From Chromera velia (lineage: Eukaryota), in NCBI GenBank assembly GCA_018398765.1, contig JAHBMJ010000530.1, forward strand, positions 1-46,186: 46,186 nt of DNA, given 5' to 3'. A model generated the notes under the pieces. It searched no databases. It was not told the origin of the DNA and saw nothing but the letters and a program-made list of their open reading frames with translations. Below, one piece after another: positions 45,635 through 46,186 of the stretch. Both the position numbers and the translations under genes were made by a program. Position 1 is the first letter of the stretch. Each line of letters opens with the position of its first letter.

Positions 45635-46186
45635 GTGGTCTTTAGCTAATTTTTAGTTAGTTACTTTAGTTTATGAGCCTAGAGACTCTAGTAGAGAGAC
45701 ATGACTATAACTAAACAGATTTGACTATCGATCGTTTGCTAGATCATTTGCTAGATCGTTAAATGGCGTAATGTTCCAGAAGCATGCTGCTCCTGTTTTT
45801 TTGCTTGTCGATGCGCACTTCTTTTCTCTCTTTCCATTTGGTAAGGGGCACATGCCGAGCGAATTGATTTTTAAGCGCGTAAGTCCCCATCCGGATCCTT
45901 AAATACTGCGCGCGCCATCATTGTTTCGGCTCGCTTCACACATGATATTCATCTTTCCATGCGCTTCTCTCTCTTTGACTGATCCCGGCTCGCCTCTCCT
46001 GTCAGTGATTGCACATTGAGTGACGCACGCTGAGTCCCGATTGTTTATGCAAGTGATTGCCATCCCTGGAACTCTTTCACTTCTCGTTTGGGGCTTTCCG
46101 GGGTTCTCGCACGCAGGGACTCCGTCAGGCGTCTCCTCTCGCATGCATTTTTGACTCACAAAATTTCTCATTGTTTCGTCTTGATC

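Overview
This is eukaryotic genomic DNA with spliceosomal introns, microsatellites and long low-complexity proteins. The style, plus a bipartite plastid-type presequence, suggests an alga with a complex plastid, probably a chromerid such as Chromera (inference only). The left ~26 kb is genic: a 5'-truncated 4-exon Sen1/senataxin-type SF1 helicase (+), a 7-exon bacterial-type SSB with signal + transit-like presequence (-), a head-to-head 6-exon peroxisomal 2-enoyl-CoA hydratase 2 ending in SSL (+), and a divergent pair of unknown genes. The right ~19 kb is mostly degraded transposons. It holds an 8-bp-TSD hAT-like element, an N gap, a (TCCA)n array, and a full-length but mutated Ty1/copia element (459-bp LTRs, TTGAA TSD) nested in the 5' LTR of an internally deleted chromovirus (354-bp LTRs, GTAAG TSD). 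It also holds a tRNA-derived sequence next to a motif array, a GC-rich hairpin cluster and another TIR element. Two signals stand out. First, a complete -1 ribosomal frameshift cassette (G GAU UUU + stop + ~20-bp hairpin) joins gag and pol of the copia element. Second, both LTR pairs and the pol stops show a RIP-like CpA/TpG->TpA plus CpG transition bias. All alignments and counts were done by eye.
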